This document shows positions 19,601 through 29,300 of a stretch of 64,000 bases of DNA, piece after piece (position 1 is the first letter of the stretch; each line of letters starts with the position of its first letter). The stretch is taken from the IMG/VR virus record IMGVR_UViG_3300042197_000966, positions 1 to 64,000 of that record; one strand, 5' to 3'. This DNA comes from a virus. The position numbers were made by a program, and so were the translations under genes. A model generated the notes under the pieces. That model saw nothing but the letters and a program-made list of their open reading frames with translations. It made no database searches and had not been told where the DNA came from.

Positions 19601-21707
19601 TGGTTATACTGAACCACCATCAGTTGTTGTGAAAGGAGTTGGAAATGGTGCTAGTGGATGTGAGATAGAAACATTTATTGAAATTGATACTCCAGCTGTA
19701 CAAATGGGTATTGCGGTAGATGTATCTGGTACAACCAAATCCACAGTTCCAACTAAATTTGCATTTGATTATCCAGTATATCTACAAAATAATACTGAAT
19801 ATGCTTTAGTTTTAGAAACAGATTCTGTAGAATATGAAGTATGGGCATCTAGACTTGGGGAAATTGATATTTCAACAAGTACTGTCATTACAACCCAACC
19901 TTCATTGGGATCTGTATATAGATCACAGAATGTTGATAATTGGACAGAAGATATTTTTGAAGATCTCAAATTTAATTTCTATCGTGCAGAATTTGATATC
20001 TCTCGCCCAGCAGAATTTTTAGCAACAAATAGAAAGCTTGGTTATGAATTATTGAATTCAAATCCCTTTGAAACTAATGCTAGTTCAAATACTAATGCTA
20101 CTTCTAAACTATTTAAAAATAATAATAGCATTATCAAAGTAAAACATAGAGATAATGGATTTGAAGATTCTGGCAAATCATATGTTTTCTATAGAAGTGC
20201 CGAGGAAACCGCTGGTATTACAGCAAATATTTTAAATAACACACTATTTAAAGTTACAAATTCTGGTATTGATATTTACAATATTACTTCTTCTTCAAAA
20301 GCTGCTGGAAATAATCTTGGTGGAGGAGATACAGTTTATGCAAGTTTCAATAGAAAATTTGAAATTTTGTATCCACAAATTCATTACTTAACTATGACAG
20401 GTACAAAACTTGAAACTTTTGTTAAAACAACAAATATTATCCCTACAGATTCTAAAACAACAAATTATACTTCATATTCACAAACCGATTACGAAAAGAC
20501 ATTTTTAAATGAACCTCACTATTTCACAAATCAAAAAGTAATTGCTTCAGAAATTAATGAAACACTGAACAGTGTTACTAGATCTCTTACATACAAAATG
20601 ATTTTATCATCAGAAAAATCATATTTATCTCCAGTAATTGATTTGTCGAGTGCTTCAGTAAAAACAGTTTCAAATAGAGTTGAATTTGCCTCTGGTCAAG
20701 AAAATAGATTTGGAAGAAGAGATCAAATTATTGAATTCTATCCAGTTTATCAATTCCAACTTGCTGGTAATGGATCTACTGCAATACAAGATAATCAAAC
20801 AATTACTGGAAAAACAACAAAAGCAACTGGAACGATATGTAAAGTGAGTGGAAATAATGTGTGGGTTCGTGTGAAGACTAGTCAATTCTTCCAAAAAGGA
20901 GAAGGAGTTACGTTAGGTAATCAACTTACATTAACAAGTGTTACTATCAATTCAAATCCAGCACAAGTCTTTGTTTCCATTGCAGATGCTGCGACGATTA
21001 TAGCTCGCAATCCATCCGCTCTCTTACAAACCTATGATAATATTATTACTGGTAAAACAGTGTTGTGGAATAATAAAACACAGGAATTGATTGTTTCTGT
21101 AGATATACAACCAATCAATAATGATTTTACTTCAAGAATAATTGACAATGCCGCATTTAATAGAAATGCTGTTGTTACTGCACAAATAGCAGATATTTTT
21201 AGAGTTGGAGATTTTGTAAAATACCCAAATCAACCAGACGATGAAAAAGCATTTTGGGAAGTTGGTAGAGTAACTTATAGAAACGGTATTGATTATGTAT
21301 CAGAAAATACATCCAAAAATAGTTCTGCCGTTGCTAAGTATGTAACAAAAGAAGTTTCAATTAATAATCCAGCAACTTCGATTGATGTTCGTTTAACAGC
21401 AAATGTTAAAGATGTAGAAAATATTCAAGTTCTGTATAGATATAAAAAGTCTTCAAGTCAAGAAAACTTTGAAGACATTGATTGGGTATATTTCAATGAA
21501 ACTGGATTGCCTGATACACTAGAAATTGCAAACAGTGAAAATACTATTTCGGGAACTGTGGAGAAGCAATCTTCATATCAAGAGTTTAAATACAGTGTAA
21601 CAAATCTTCCAGAATTTTCTTCTTTTGCTGTAAAAATTGTTATGAAGTCTGTTGATCCTGCTTACGTGCCTAAGATCCAAGACATTCGTGCTGTTGCTTC
21701 ATTCTGA
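13611..21707 (+). CDS. Large virion structural protein, VrlC-like / DUF4815-type (2698 aa)
   Basis: MPQKTNLNVNPYYEDFD...ILFRPGYSIQGRELTQLQSILQNQIE start, RYTMRDIGKLEKRIERLEYYTTLSILE and DRFKSGFFVDNF motifs. This family follows gp8 in cyanomyoviruses. Confidence 0.8.
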   Translation: MPQKTNLNVNPYYEDFDATKNFYKILFRPGYSIQGRELTQLQSILQNQIESFGRYAFKQGQMVIPGEIGLNTKLDYVKLSSVTEVAVSEGDDIVYKKYDITQLIGQQVIGLTSGVVGTIVSVKLATEETADTLYVNYITSGNSNEEPTFRQGETLEVVDGVNTPLLVVGTDGSVLPTSISITNPDTGEVTSLESPAMGYASAVKVSEGIYFVNGYFVRNQEDLLIIEEYYDKPSAKVGFVISENIVTPEEDASLYDNAIGSSNYTAPGAHRLSISLSLKEFALDAITDKNFIQLLTVSRGVIQKKVSPADYTLLEETLARRTFDESGDYVVDNFSIDIREYAQKETNNGIYSEDEFGLYNGLTSSEAARKMVASVGPGKAYIKGYEIVNKEIKYLDINKSRESLSSDNVKLKTKGLPSFTITNVFGSVPLNKEGADLTAYPDVFLYSTFNDGSIGLNNTELPTDHRQTLNRRGLIFNSNDAIKTVTIQVSSVTTLIGSITDGTFQNLIGTLYFIKSRSDVGSPTSVGSVKSLSYAVVNKPLINPSVSVKFLELTVTGPKNELEFLLLEYDNGDSEYKRRFYLTESDAQNQTNEFGFIVDYRQTLTPVIGKVKPSNFYLQQRGSGFNSDSDIILSKGRLSGGSSAYNSFFGFSYFDPQFFTKITLEASPVGADAFSIGRYVFGLESNAYGVVEGAANGVYSTNNLLFIKTLSGRFLSGETIRDEVGNTVKIAKENTISHFVVQNRGLGYATGSTILINGLEYDSSKIQLYLTGDGKVYKAIVNNRSAVNVEYSQPPAVSVKVPTGAPTPNSGAAIVPVLFRDTVITYTPQNVKSIGCNYGSGNANTFSADVLVDSKEYSEVRSVTDFTFFGSQGSDFIESTSFSADASSLLVQGDIVQFSDANNNLIRAIVQYATKPSGVEKTRIYLDSVLSGNVTNTSIVRLRPVLKNPNGGTLLYPTGSKQISQISNGGDDTNIKYYFRRDFVTTASSSGGTITFAAQLPYGTQRFAAFTENNFIITVLDKGDASDISNGDIIYVNEDSVEISSATDTSSGLTSGSISLQLPSTYFGSIPTNGTFPKLKLTATLEVSNAKPRLKTAIKNKRIIVNSSGDRVLPFRGTDYDNEAVNILSYSDAFKLRYVYEGTSTQPPEADSAGNLISGTDVTSKFTFDNGQRDTIYDVSRIVLKPGFEPTTGQLLIAFDYFEHSQGDFCTIDSYLHEAGVEEDEIPTFNSSVHGNLELKNVLDFRPKVDVDAIIAGFQDTSSLAITTGQFSGPGSVIAATPAADQGIEYTFSFSQVQYLDRIDGIFLNKKGEFFVKEGNSSLNPSKPDTIDDAVPLFYVYIPAYTKTSKDVRITPVDNRRYTMRDIGKLEKRIERLEYYTTLSILEQQALNMQVKDEVGLDRFKSGFFVDNFESHKVGNLTSLDYRCAIDTQQSVLRPQSKEDCVLLKEVNTREDQRSVSGYKKSGDIITLPYTDLKLFGNEFASKTINPNPFVVIQYVGDVDVSPNIDHWYDQNIDPVVVDTNTSLFNIFLAKDDSKESFSGLYNSFIVNWVGTSPAFTTINSLGEINTQQATSTVTSASISSSSNISPRNNDIGKGVQTKSVNGNLVSTALSFFARSVPVKFVVRRMKPNTTINVFLEGRNINRWVNPDLRFTGVAGNSLSSFNGTVTTDENGNASGLILVPAGVPPRENATWTGDVATVDYDTSGAAIRLTTGVLTFRFTSSPVDASKDSVDTYAEVKYYATGILPENPSSIVSTKPSYFKSNEGVQIIDNNTDNPLRPNPLAQTFKIENYDGGLFATGVDLFFSKKSSNIPFKVYITDVVSGKPAKNIVPGSEKTLNPNTYLKCYSNGNISVTIGEYVTGTSSSASGPILKIYDKNGVELVASTAGKYSLTNEQVYTVVLGNHNGKSFKQNEDLLIPSVTLANATDGTQLKLTIAKDSGKVSDIKIKNTGQNYDSAILTIESPQLPGGSSATARIEVSEGKIYNAEISLSGFGYTEPPSVVVKGVGNGASGCEIETFIEIDTPAVQMGIAVDVSGTTKSTVPTKFAFDYPVYLQNNTEYALVLETDSVEYEVWASRLGEIDISTSTVITTQPSLGSVYRSQNVDNWTEDIFEDLKFNFYRAEFDISRPAEFLATNRKLGYELLNSNPFETNASSNTNATSKLFKNNNSIIKVKHRDNGFEDSGKSYVFYRSAEETAGITANILNNTLFKVTNSGIDIYNITSSSKAAGNNLGGGDTVYASFNRKFEILYPQIHYLTMTGTKLETFVKTTNIIPTDSKTTNYTSYSQTDYEKTFLNEPHYFTNQKVIASEINETLNSVTRSLTYKMILSSEKSYLSPVIDLSSASVKTVSNRVEFASGQENRFGRRDQIIEFYPVYQFQLAGNGSTAIQDNQTITGKTTKATGTICKVSGNNVWVRVKTSQFFQKGEGVTLGNQLTLTSVTINSNPAQVFVSIADAATIIARNPSALLQTYDNIITGKTVLWNNKTQELIVSVDIQPINNDFTSRIIDNAAFNRNAVVTAQIADIFRVGDFVKYPNQPDDEKAFWEVGRVTYRNGIDYVSENTSKNSSAVAKYVTKEVSINNPATSIDVRLTANVKDVENIQVLYRYKKSSSQENFEDIDWVYFNETGLPDTLEIANSENTISGTVEKQSSYQEFKYSVTNLPEFSSFAVKIVMKSVDPAYVPKIQDIRAVASF

Positions 21708-21723
21708 TTTTTAATTTCCGCGT

Positions 21724-21930
21724 ATGGATTATATAAAAGTTGCTGGTCATGATGGTCTAGTGAGAGATGAAAATACAGGTGCCATCTTGAATTTGGATGA
21801 TTCTGCTATAGAAGCAAGAAGAAAATCAAAACACTTAAGTTCCGCATTGGAAGACATAAATATGTTGAAGAATGAAATCTCTGAGATCAAATCACTATTA
21901 CGAGAGTTATTAAGAAATGGCAATTCTTAG
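21724..21930 (+). CDS. Conserved small hypothetical phage protein (coiled-coil C-terminus)
   Basis: [19 protein letters not shown] motif, then a heptad-like tail. Overlaps the next gene. Confidence 0.7.
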   Translation: MDYIKVAGHDGLVRDENTGAILNLDDSAIEARRKSKHLSSALEDINMLKNEISEIKSLLRELLRNGNS

Positions 21931-24900
21931 ATCCGTTGCTAAAACAGATACCTTTGAATCTCAGAGGCAAAAAATTAATTTAATAGCGGCAGACTTATAC
22001 GACGTACAAACTTCTGTTGGAGAAGGCGCGTTTAGTATGAGTGATGGAACTCTCCAATCTCCAGCACTATATTTTACAAATGCTAACGATGTTGGTTTAT
22101 ATAGAAGATCATCAAAAGAACTATCAATAGTTTCTGACGGAAATGCTGTAGCTTCTTTTACTTCTACATATCTAACTTCATTGCAACCATTTAGAACTTT
22201 ATTATCATCAGTACAAACTGGAAGTGGTGGCACTACTGTATCAGCAGTTGGTTCTGGATATAATCTAGGAACAAATATAAAAATTCCATTAACTGGTGGC
22301 AGTGGTTCTGGTGCAGTAGCAACGATTACCACTAGCAATAGTGGAAATATTACGAATGCTGGAAGTTCATACGCTGGTGGTGTATATACTAACGTTCCAT
22401 TAACTGGCGGCACTGGAACAGGTGCGTTGGCATCTATTACAGTACTGGCATGGGCAGGTAGTGTAAGTGCTCCTGGAACTGGTGGAACCGCTGGTACTTA
22501 TAATAATGTTACTTTAACAAACGTCAGTGGTTCTGGTTCTGGTGCTACTGCCAACATATTAGTTGGTGGTGCTGGAGGAGTAGCTACAGTAACTGTTGTT
22601 AACAAAGGATCTGGATATAAACAAGGAGACGTTTTAACAGCGTCTTCTGGAAGTATTGGCGGAACAACAGGATTTCAATTTACTTTATCTGGTGGCGGAG
22701 AAGTTTCTAATGTTTTAATAACAACTGGTGGAACTGGTTATGCTGTTGGAAATGTACTATCCGCTTCAAATGCTAATTTGGGAAATGGCAGTCCAGCTGG
22801 ATCTGGTTTTCAATATACACTAACTTCTATTGGTGCTGTCACTGCAGTTAGTGTCACAAATGGTGGTGACAATTATGTTATTGGAGATATATTGAGTTTT
22901 GATAGTAATTTAATTGCTCCAGTAACAACATATCATGTGAAGATGGAGTTGTGCCAATTAGTAGAATTTTCATCTCCAAATCCAACTACAGGTTTTAATG
23001 TTGGTGACACTTTAACATACAATGGACAAACTTTTAATATTGTAAAAAGATTTACATCTGGATCAAATATTACTGCTGTTACTGTTCAAGTAACAGCATT
23101 TGATCAATTGAGTTTTTCTAATGGTCTTACTGCAACTTCTTCTGGAGGTGGAGGATCTCCTACAGTATCCGCCATTACAACAGCATTAAATTACTTTTTT
23201 TCATCAACTGGACCCGCTGGAACTTATACAAATATTCCAGATTTCACGTTTCAAAAAAATGTTCGTTATGTTTTTGAGCAATCAGATCCATCAAATATTG
23301 GACACCCATTAAGATTTAGTACAACAAGAGATGGATTTCATACAGTACTTAATTTATTTCCAACTACGTATGGAGTAAAATACGAAGGAGATGAGGTAGA
23401 TTATAATTATACATCAACATCTTTATCTATAGTTCCAAATGATAGCACCCCAACAACTCTTTATTACTACTGCGATGCAGGAACTCCTGGTGGAGCATCT
23501 CACTTAGATGAAGGTGGTTTTAATAATCGTGAAGGAGTAATTACAGTAAGTGGAACTGGAGCAATTTCTGGTAGCGGAGCACAGATTACTGTTTCCGATA
23601 TTGATGTTAGTTCAAATATAATTTTAGAAAAAGACGGCACTGCTACTCTTGGCAATACTACGGCATCAAATATTACAGCATCTGGCAATTTAAATATTAG
23701 TGGTATATCAACATTAAATAATGATCTGATTATTGGTTCAAACACTTTCACCGTAGATGCTCAAACGGGAGATACTGTTGTAGATGGAGATCTTACCATA
23801 AATGGAGAATTTTCAATAACAACAAGTGCCAATTTGGCAAATACATTATACATAGATGCCATCAATAATAGAGTTGGTATTAATAAAGATCCGTCAATTA
23901 CGCCACTAACAGAAGCATTTGAAATTACAGGAGGTATTGTAAATAGTGGAGATACTTATCTTTCATCAGATTTAAATAAAATAGTACGAATTGGAGATAC
24001 GACTAATCTTTCTGGAACATCAAGATTACAAGTTGACGGATCAGTTCTCTCTACTGGTGGTTATCAAGCAACTTCATCCGATGATATTAAAACTCCAGTA
24101 TACGCAATAAGAGGCAATACAAGATATGGACTTGCATTTAATACTGGATCGTTAGCACTATCTGTTGCAGTAGGAAGTGGAGAAGCATTAAAATTTACAA
24201 ATCTACTGACGACATCATATAGAAGTTTAAACTTTGATTATAAAACTATCACATCAACATCAATAACTGGTGGATCTGGATATACAGATGGTTCATACTC
24301 TGGAATACAACCATCAGGAGGATCTGGAACTGGTTTGACGTTAAACGCAACTGTTTCTGGAAACGCATTAACTTCAGTTACTGTAACCGATAATGGTATT
24401 GGTTATGAAGTTGGCGATGTATTGGTAATTCCTCTCCCTGGAACTTTAGGAGCAACTGGAGCAACACTAACAATAAACAACATAACAACGGCAACAACAA
24501 TTTCTACTGATGTTGCAACTGGTGTTATCACAGCAAGTGCTCTCAACACAACAGGATCTGGAATTACTGTTGATAATAAACTCAATATTGATGGTACTAC
24601 TATTACATCAACTCAAGATGAAGATATCACAATTGCTCCAGGAGCATCTTCTAGACTTCTTTCAGTTACTGGAACTGGTGGTGTAAAACTTCCAGTTGGA
24701 AATTCCACAAACAGACCATCTGCTACAACAGCTGGCATCATTAGATATAATACACAAACCTCACAGTATGAAGGATCAAATGGTGTTAATTTTATTTCCC
24801 TAGGTGGTGTCAGAGATGTTGATGGAAATACTTATATTATTGCTGAAGAAACTGTAGGTGCGAATGATAATATTTTATATTTCTTCAACGATGGATCTAA

Positions 24901-25771
24901 TTCAGCAAGATTGTCTAGAACAGAACTTGTTTTAACAACTGCAAATAAAATTACTTCGAGAGACACTGATGGAAAACAGTTGTGGAAACCAACGACTGCT
25001 TACACTCTGAATACATTTGTTTATTACTTAGATAACATTTATCAAGTAACCACGGCAGGAACTACTGGAACTGTAGCACCTACTCACACTACTGGAGCTG
25101 TTGCAAACGGAAGTGCAACTTTAACTTGGGTAAGCGATAGTTACGCAAATCTAGAAATACGTGGAGATGAAATTAAGTTAGGAGTAAGAGTTAATATTGA
25201 CGATAAATTGAGTGTATATGGTTATGCTACAAATAACTTAATTTTTGAAAGTGGATTGAACAACACCAAGTTCGCATTTGGAAATATCTTGGGAGTTCCA
25301 GATACTCTCTTAACTTTAAATGGAACAACTGGTTCTTTAGTAATTAATAGAAATTTTGATGTTTCTTCAACTGAAGATAATATTAGCATCTTAGATAAGA
25401 CCCTAAAATTCTTTGAACTGACTGATATTCGCAATGAAATGACATCAACAACTCTAGTCAAAGGAACCAGTAATGTCGCAAACGTGACTGTATACAGTCC
25501 AACAGTTCATGCATCTGCAAAGATTTTAGTATCTGCCGATAATCTAACAACTGGTGATAAACAGATTGTTGAATATAACGTCATACATAAAGGAACAGAT
25601 ATTGTTGCTGTTCAATATGGAAATATAAATACGGCTAACAGCGATCTGTTTGTTGGATCATTTGATTTTGATGTGTCTAATAATGTCAGATTTACTGCAA
25701 CTCTTGCAACTAGTGTTGCATCTGGTGATAATGTGAAAATAGTTGTTAATAAAACACAAATCAAGAAGTAA
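21917..25771 (+). CDS. Gly/Thr-rich virion fibre/structural protein with cupredoxin-like and CBM-like modules
   Basis: [15 protein letters not shown] start, GSGY/GGSGSGA repeats, [14 protein letters not shown] and [14 protein letters not shown] motifs of cyanophage fibres. Confidence 0.7.
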   Translation: MAILRSVAKTDTFESQRQKINLIAADLYDVQTSVGEGAFSMSDGTLQSPALYFTNANDVGLYRRSSKELSIVSDGNAVASFTSTYLTSLQPFRTLLSSVQTGSGGTTVSAVGSGYNLGTNIKIPLTGGSGSGAVATITTSNSGNITNAGSSYAGGVYTNVPLTGGTGTGALASITVLAWAGSVSAPGTGGTAGTYNNVTLTNVSGSGSGATANILVGGAGGVATVTVVNKGSGYKQGDVLTASSGSIGGTTGFQFTLSGGGEVSNVLITTGGTGYAVGNVLSASNANLGNGSPAGSGFQYTLTSIGAVTAVSVTNGGDNYVIGDILSFDSNLIAPVTTYHVKMELCQLVEFSSPNPTTGFNVGDTLTYNGQTFNIVKRFTSGSNITAVTVQVTAFDQLSFSNGLTATSSGGGGSPTVSAITTALNYFFSSTGPAGTYTNIPDFTFQKNVRYVFEQSDPSNIGHPLRFSTTRDGFHTVLNLFPTTYGVKYEGDEVDYNYTSTSLSIVPNDSTPTTLYYYCDAGTPGGASHLDEGGFNNREGVITVSGTGAISGSGAQITVSDIDVSSNIILEKDGTATLGNTTASNITASGNLNISGISTLNNDLIIGSNTFTVDAQTGDTVVDGDLTINGEFSITTSANLANTLYIDAINNRVGINKDPSITPLTEAFEITGGIVNSGDTYLSSDLNKIVRIGDTTNLSGTSRLQVDGSVLSTGGYQATSSDDIKTPVYAIRGNTRYGLAFNTGSLALSVAVGSGEALKFTNLLTTSYRSLNFDYKTITSTSITGGSGYTDGSYSGIQPSGGSGTGLTLNATVSGNALTSVTVTDNGIGYEVGDVLVIPLPGTLGATGATLTINNITTATTISTDVATGVITASALNTTGSGITVDNKLNIDGTTITSTQDEDITIAPGASSRLLSVTGTGGVKLPVGNSTNRPSATTAGIIRYNTQTSQYEGSNGVNFISLGGVRDVDGNTYIIAEETVGANDNILYFFNDGSNSARLSRTELVLTTANKITSRDTDGKQLWKPTTAYTLNTFVYYLDNIYQVTTAGTTGTVAPTHTTGAVANGSATLTWVSDSYANLEIRGDEIKLGVRVNIDDKLSVYGYATNNLIFESGLNNTKFAFGNILGVPDTLLTLNGTTGSLVINRNFDVSSTEDNISILDKTLKFFELTDIRNEMTSTTLVKGTSNVANVTVYSPTVHASAKILVSADNLTTGDKQIVEYNVIHKGTDIVAVQYGNINTANSDLFVGSFDFDVSNNVRFTATLATSVASGDNVKIVVNKTQIKK

Positions 25772-25777
25772 TCAACC

Positions 25778-26284
25778 ATGCCTACTACTATAAAAACTTT
25801 CAATTCCAGTGGTGGTTTTGGAATTAATCAAACTCCATTAATTACAGATACTCTAGACGTTAAAAACGTCAATACTCTGGAGTTGCAAAATTCAAACTTT
25901 ATTGATGCTTCTAGTAAGAGATATATTTTAAGAGGAGTTAGTACAACTATTCTTAGTCAAGACAATGGATCAACTCCAATACCAATTTCAAGCAGCACAA
26001 TTAATTTTATAACTGCTCACATCATTGGAGTTAATCCAACAGGATCTGGTCATTATTCATTTAAAAATGAAACTGTGATTTCTTGTGGTTCGGCAGGTGC
26101 CATTTCAATTTTATCTTCTCTGGATACAATTATAAAAGACAGCATTCCAACTGGAGAAACTTGGACTGCTACTCCATATTCTGCGATTGCAAATCAATTC
26201 AGTTATTCCAGTACAAGAACTGGAACAGCTGTTGCTATTAAATGGTTTGCAAACGTAGAAGTGGTAAAAGTTTTATGGACCTGA
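25778..26284 (+). CDS. Putative virion structural protein
   Basis: 168-aa beta-rich ORF tightly packed between fibre genes. Confidence 0.6.
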   Translation: MPTTIKTFNSSGGFGINQTPLITDTLDVKNVNTLELQNSNFIDASSKRYILRGVSTTILSQDNGSTPIPISSSTINFITAHIIGVNPTGSGHYSFKNETVISCGSAGAISILSSLDTIIKDSIPTGETWTATPYSAIANQFSYSSTRTGTAVAIKWFANVEVVKVLWT

Positions 26285-26285
26285 T

Positions 26286-26293
26286 GCTAAATA
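26286..26293 (+). promoter_or_regulatory. Late promoter box GCTAAATA
   Basis: TAAATA about 45 nt upstream of the large fibre ATG, followed by GGAG. Confidence 0.55.
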
Positions 26294-26335
26294 ATACAAG
26301 AATAGATACCAGAACTCTCGGAGCACCAAGGGCAA

Positions 26336-29300
26336 ATGAGTTTAGAATTTAATGCTGACAAACAGTATCTTAAGGGAACCAAACCTTACGTTCTAGGAAC
26401 AAGCGAATTTACGATACGTGCTGGAACAGGAGCAAGTGAAAAAGAGGTTATGCGTTGGCAGCTAGATGCAACGCAGCAACTTACCCGTGTAGGTATTAAC
26501 AGAAATGGTCAGCAAGTTGAAAAAATTACATTAACAAATACTGGTGGTGGTTATTCTTCTACTCCAACAGTTACGATCAGTGCTCCAAATTTAGCAACTG
26601 GAAGGCAAGCGACAGCAAGTGCCTTGATTAACTTAGGAACAGTTGCTGCAATTATTGTAGATGATCCTGGCAATGGATATACATCTACCCCAACTGTTAC
26701 TATTTCTGGCGGTGCTGGTAATGGAGCGACTGCTACAGCAACTCTTAATAGTATTGAATATGAATTAGATGTTAATGGTGCTATAAGAACTTCCACGTCC
26801 ATTATTTCTGATACAGCAAGAGTTATTAACCTAGATTTCGTTAATCTAACAACTGCTGATGGAACATTTCGTGCTCCATATTTAAAACTATATGCTAATA
26901 ATACTGGAACATCCTGGTTAGCATCTACGGTTGTTAGCAAAAATACTTTTAGATATTTTGGAGATAATATCTATCGTGTAAATCAAGATGGAACAACTGG
27001 AACAAATGCTCCAATTCATACAAGTGGTGAAGTCGCAAATGGAACTACAATACTGGAACATGTAGGATATAGAGTAAATAGTCCTTCTTTGCCTCATTAT
27101 GGAATAACGGGTGATGGAATATTCCCAAGATCTATTACTCCTCTTCAAGGTGATAGATCAAATAAAATTGCTACAACTGAATATGTTTTAAGTCTTGCTA
27201 CAAATGACGTTGGTGGTCGTATCTATGTTTCTGAACAAATTGGAGATGACGCAAACGATGGTCGTTCGGCAGTAAATCCAGTTAGAACAATTAAAAGAGC
27301 CTGTCAAATTGCTACTGGAACTGTTGGAGTAAGAGAAACTGTTATTATTTCTGGTGGCGATTATGTAGAAGATAATCCAATTTCAATTCCACCTGATTGT
27401 TCTATTGTAGGAGATTCACTTCGCATTGTTAATGTCAGACCCCTGAACGGTGGTAAGCACATGTTCAAGTTTGCCGACAAAAATTATATTACTGGTATTA
27501 CATTTAGAGATCGCCTAGATTCAGCTGGAAATCCCATACAGACATGGGACTATGCTTGTGCATTTGACGATAAGCAAAGAATTTACTATGATTCAAATAG
27601 TGGCGGTGACTATGGTAGGGATTTTCCTATTGGTTATCAAATATTTGGAAGACAAGAATACAGAATTACATTTTCAGAAAATACTGGTAATGCTCAAATA
27701 GCAGTTGGAGAAACTATTTGGGGAGAAACAAATAACGCAAATGCCACTGTAACTAATGTATTCTATAATGCAACAACTGGAGCATCTGCATATGATACAG
27801 GATATATCGATGTTGTTTTAAATCAAAATAGTAACCAGTTAAGCACTGGAGATAGATTTAGATATGGTGGTCCTGCTCCAAGTCTAGGAACTTTTACACA
27901 ACCTTGGTTAGCTAATACATCGTTTCCTGCTAATGTTTATCTATGGACTACTGGAACTAGTGGAAATCCTGGTCGCGTATATTTAACGACTGCGGCAGTT
28001 ACGACTGGAGCTGCTACTCCATCACATACATCTGGTACAGTTTCAAATCTTTTATATATCAGAGATCGTCTCCAATTTACTTCTTCAACAATTACTTCTA
28101 TTAGACCAGAAGGAGAAATTGTATCAAAGGGAGAAGATTTAATATCTCAACTTCCAATTACAAGAATTGATGCTTCGGTTGCAACATATAACACATATGG
28201 TGGTGTAGTAATTTACACCAATCCACTTGTAGGTGCATCTAACGTTCATAACTTCAAAGAAAATGAAGAGATTGAAATTTTTGGTTTGCCAACATCGTCA
28301 CCAGATCTTTCTTGGTTGAATGGAAAACAACGAGTTTATAAAATTATTGAAGATGCTGATGCTAGATCAAGAAGAATTGTTATTGCAAAGGAAGGAAATA
28401 GAGTAGGATTTACACAGAGCAACTATGCACCACTATCTGCTTATGTAAGATCATATTCATATTACTTTACTCTTTCCCTTCTCAATTCACCATATAAGTT
28501 TCCAATAACAGATTATGTAAGTAGAAGATATCAAGATGCTTGTAATTTAATTCGCAATAATCTTGAATTTATTAAAGATGAAACTTATCAAATTATCGAA
28601 GATGAATTTAGTCCCAATTTTACTATAAGTTCTATTGTACCAACAACTGGAACTGGTTTGGATCTAGGAAAAGTAATTGTAAGAATAACAACATCTGTTC
28701 CTCATGGGTTCTATGTTTCTGATAATGTCACCATTAAAAAGACAACATTTGCATCTGGTCTTTTAAATGGAAATTATATTGTTACAAATAGAGTAAGCTC
28801 TACAGTATTAGAAGTTCAATATACTGGCACAGTTGCAACATTAGGATTAACTTCTGGAACTACTTATAATAATGCAGCAATTGGAACATCTTCTTTTATA
28901 CAAAGAGGATTTGTAATTCCAAGCGAGACAAAGTGCCGTAGAGACATCGGGCATTTTGTCAATGCCATCATCATGGATCTTGAGTATGGCGGAAACTACC
29001 ATGTGGTAGAAGCTGCAAAGAGATACAGAAACAATGGTGTTCTTGGATATGTTGGTAACGAACTTGCATACACTGTAAGATCTCTTGAGGTTGCTAGGAG
29101 ATTGTGCATTTATGCAATGCGTAACTGGAGATTGGAAGATGGTAAATATTCTCAACCAACTTATACTCCAAAATTCTCATCATTAAGTCGTTACTTTGAT
29201 TTAACTGTAACAGAAGATACTTCTGGTGCAACCACAAATGGATTTACTTGTTCTGATGTAGCAAGTGCTATTACTACATTAGCATATCTTTATACTGATG

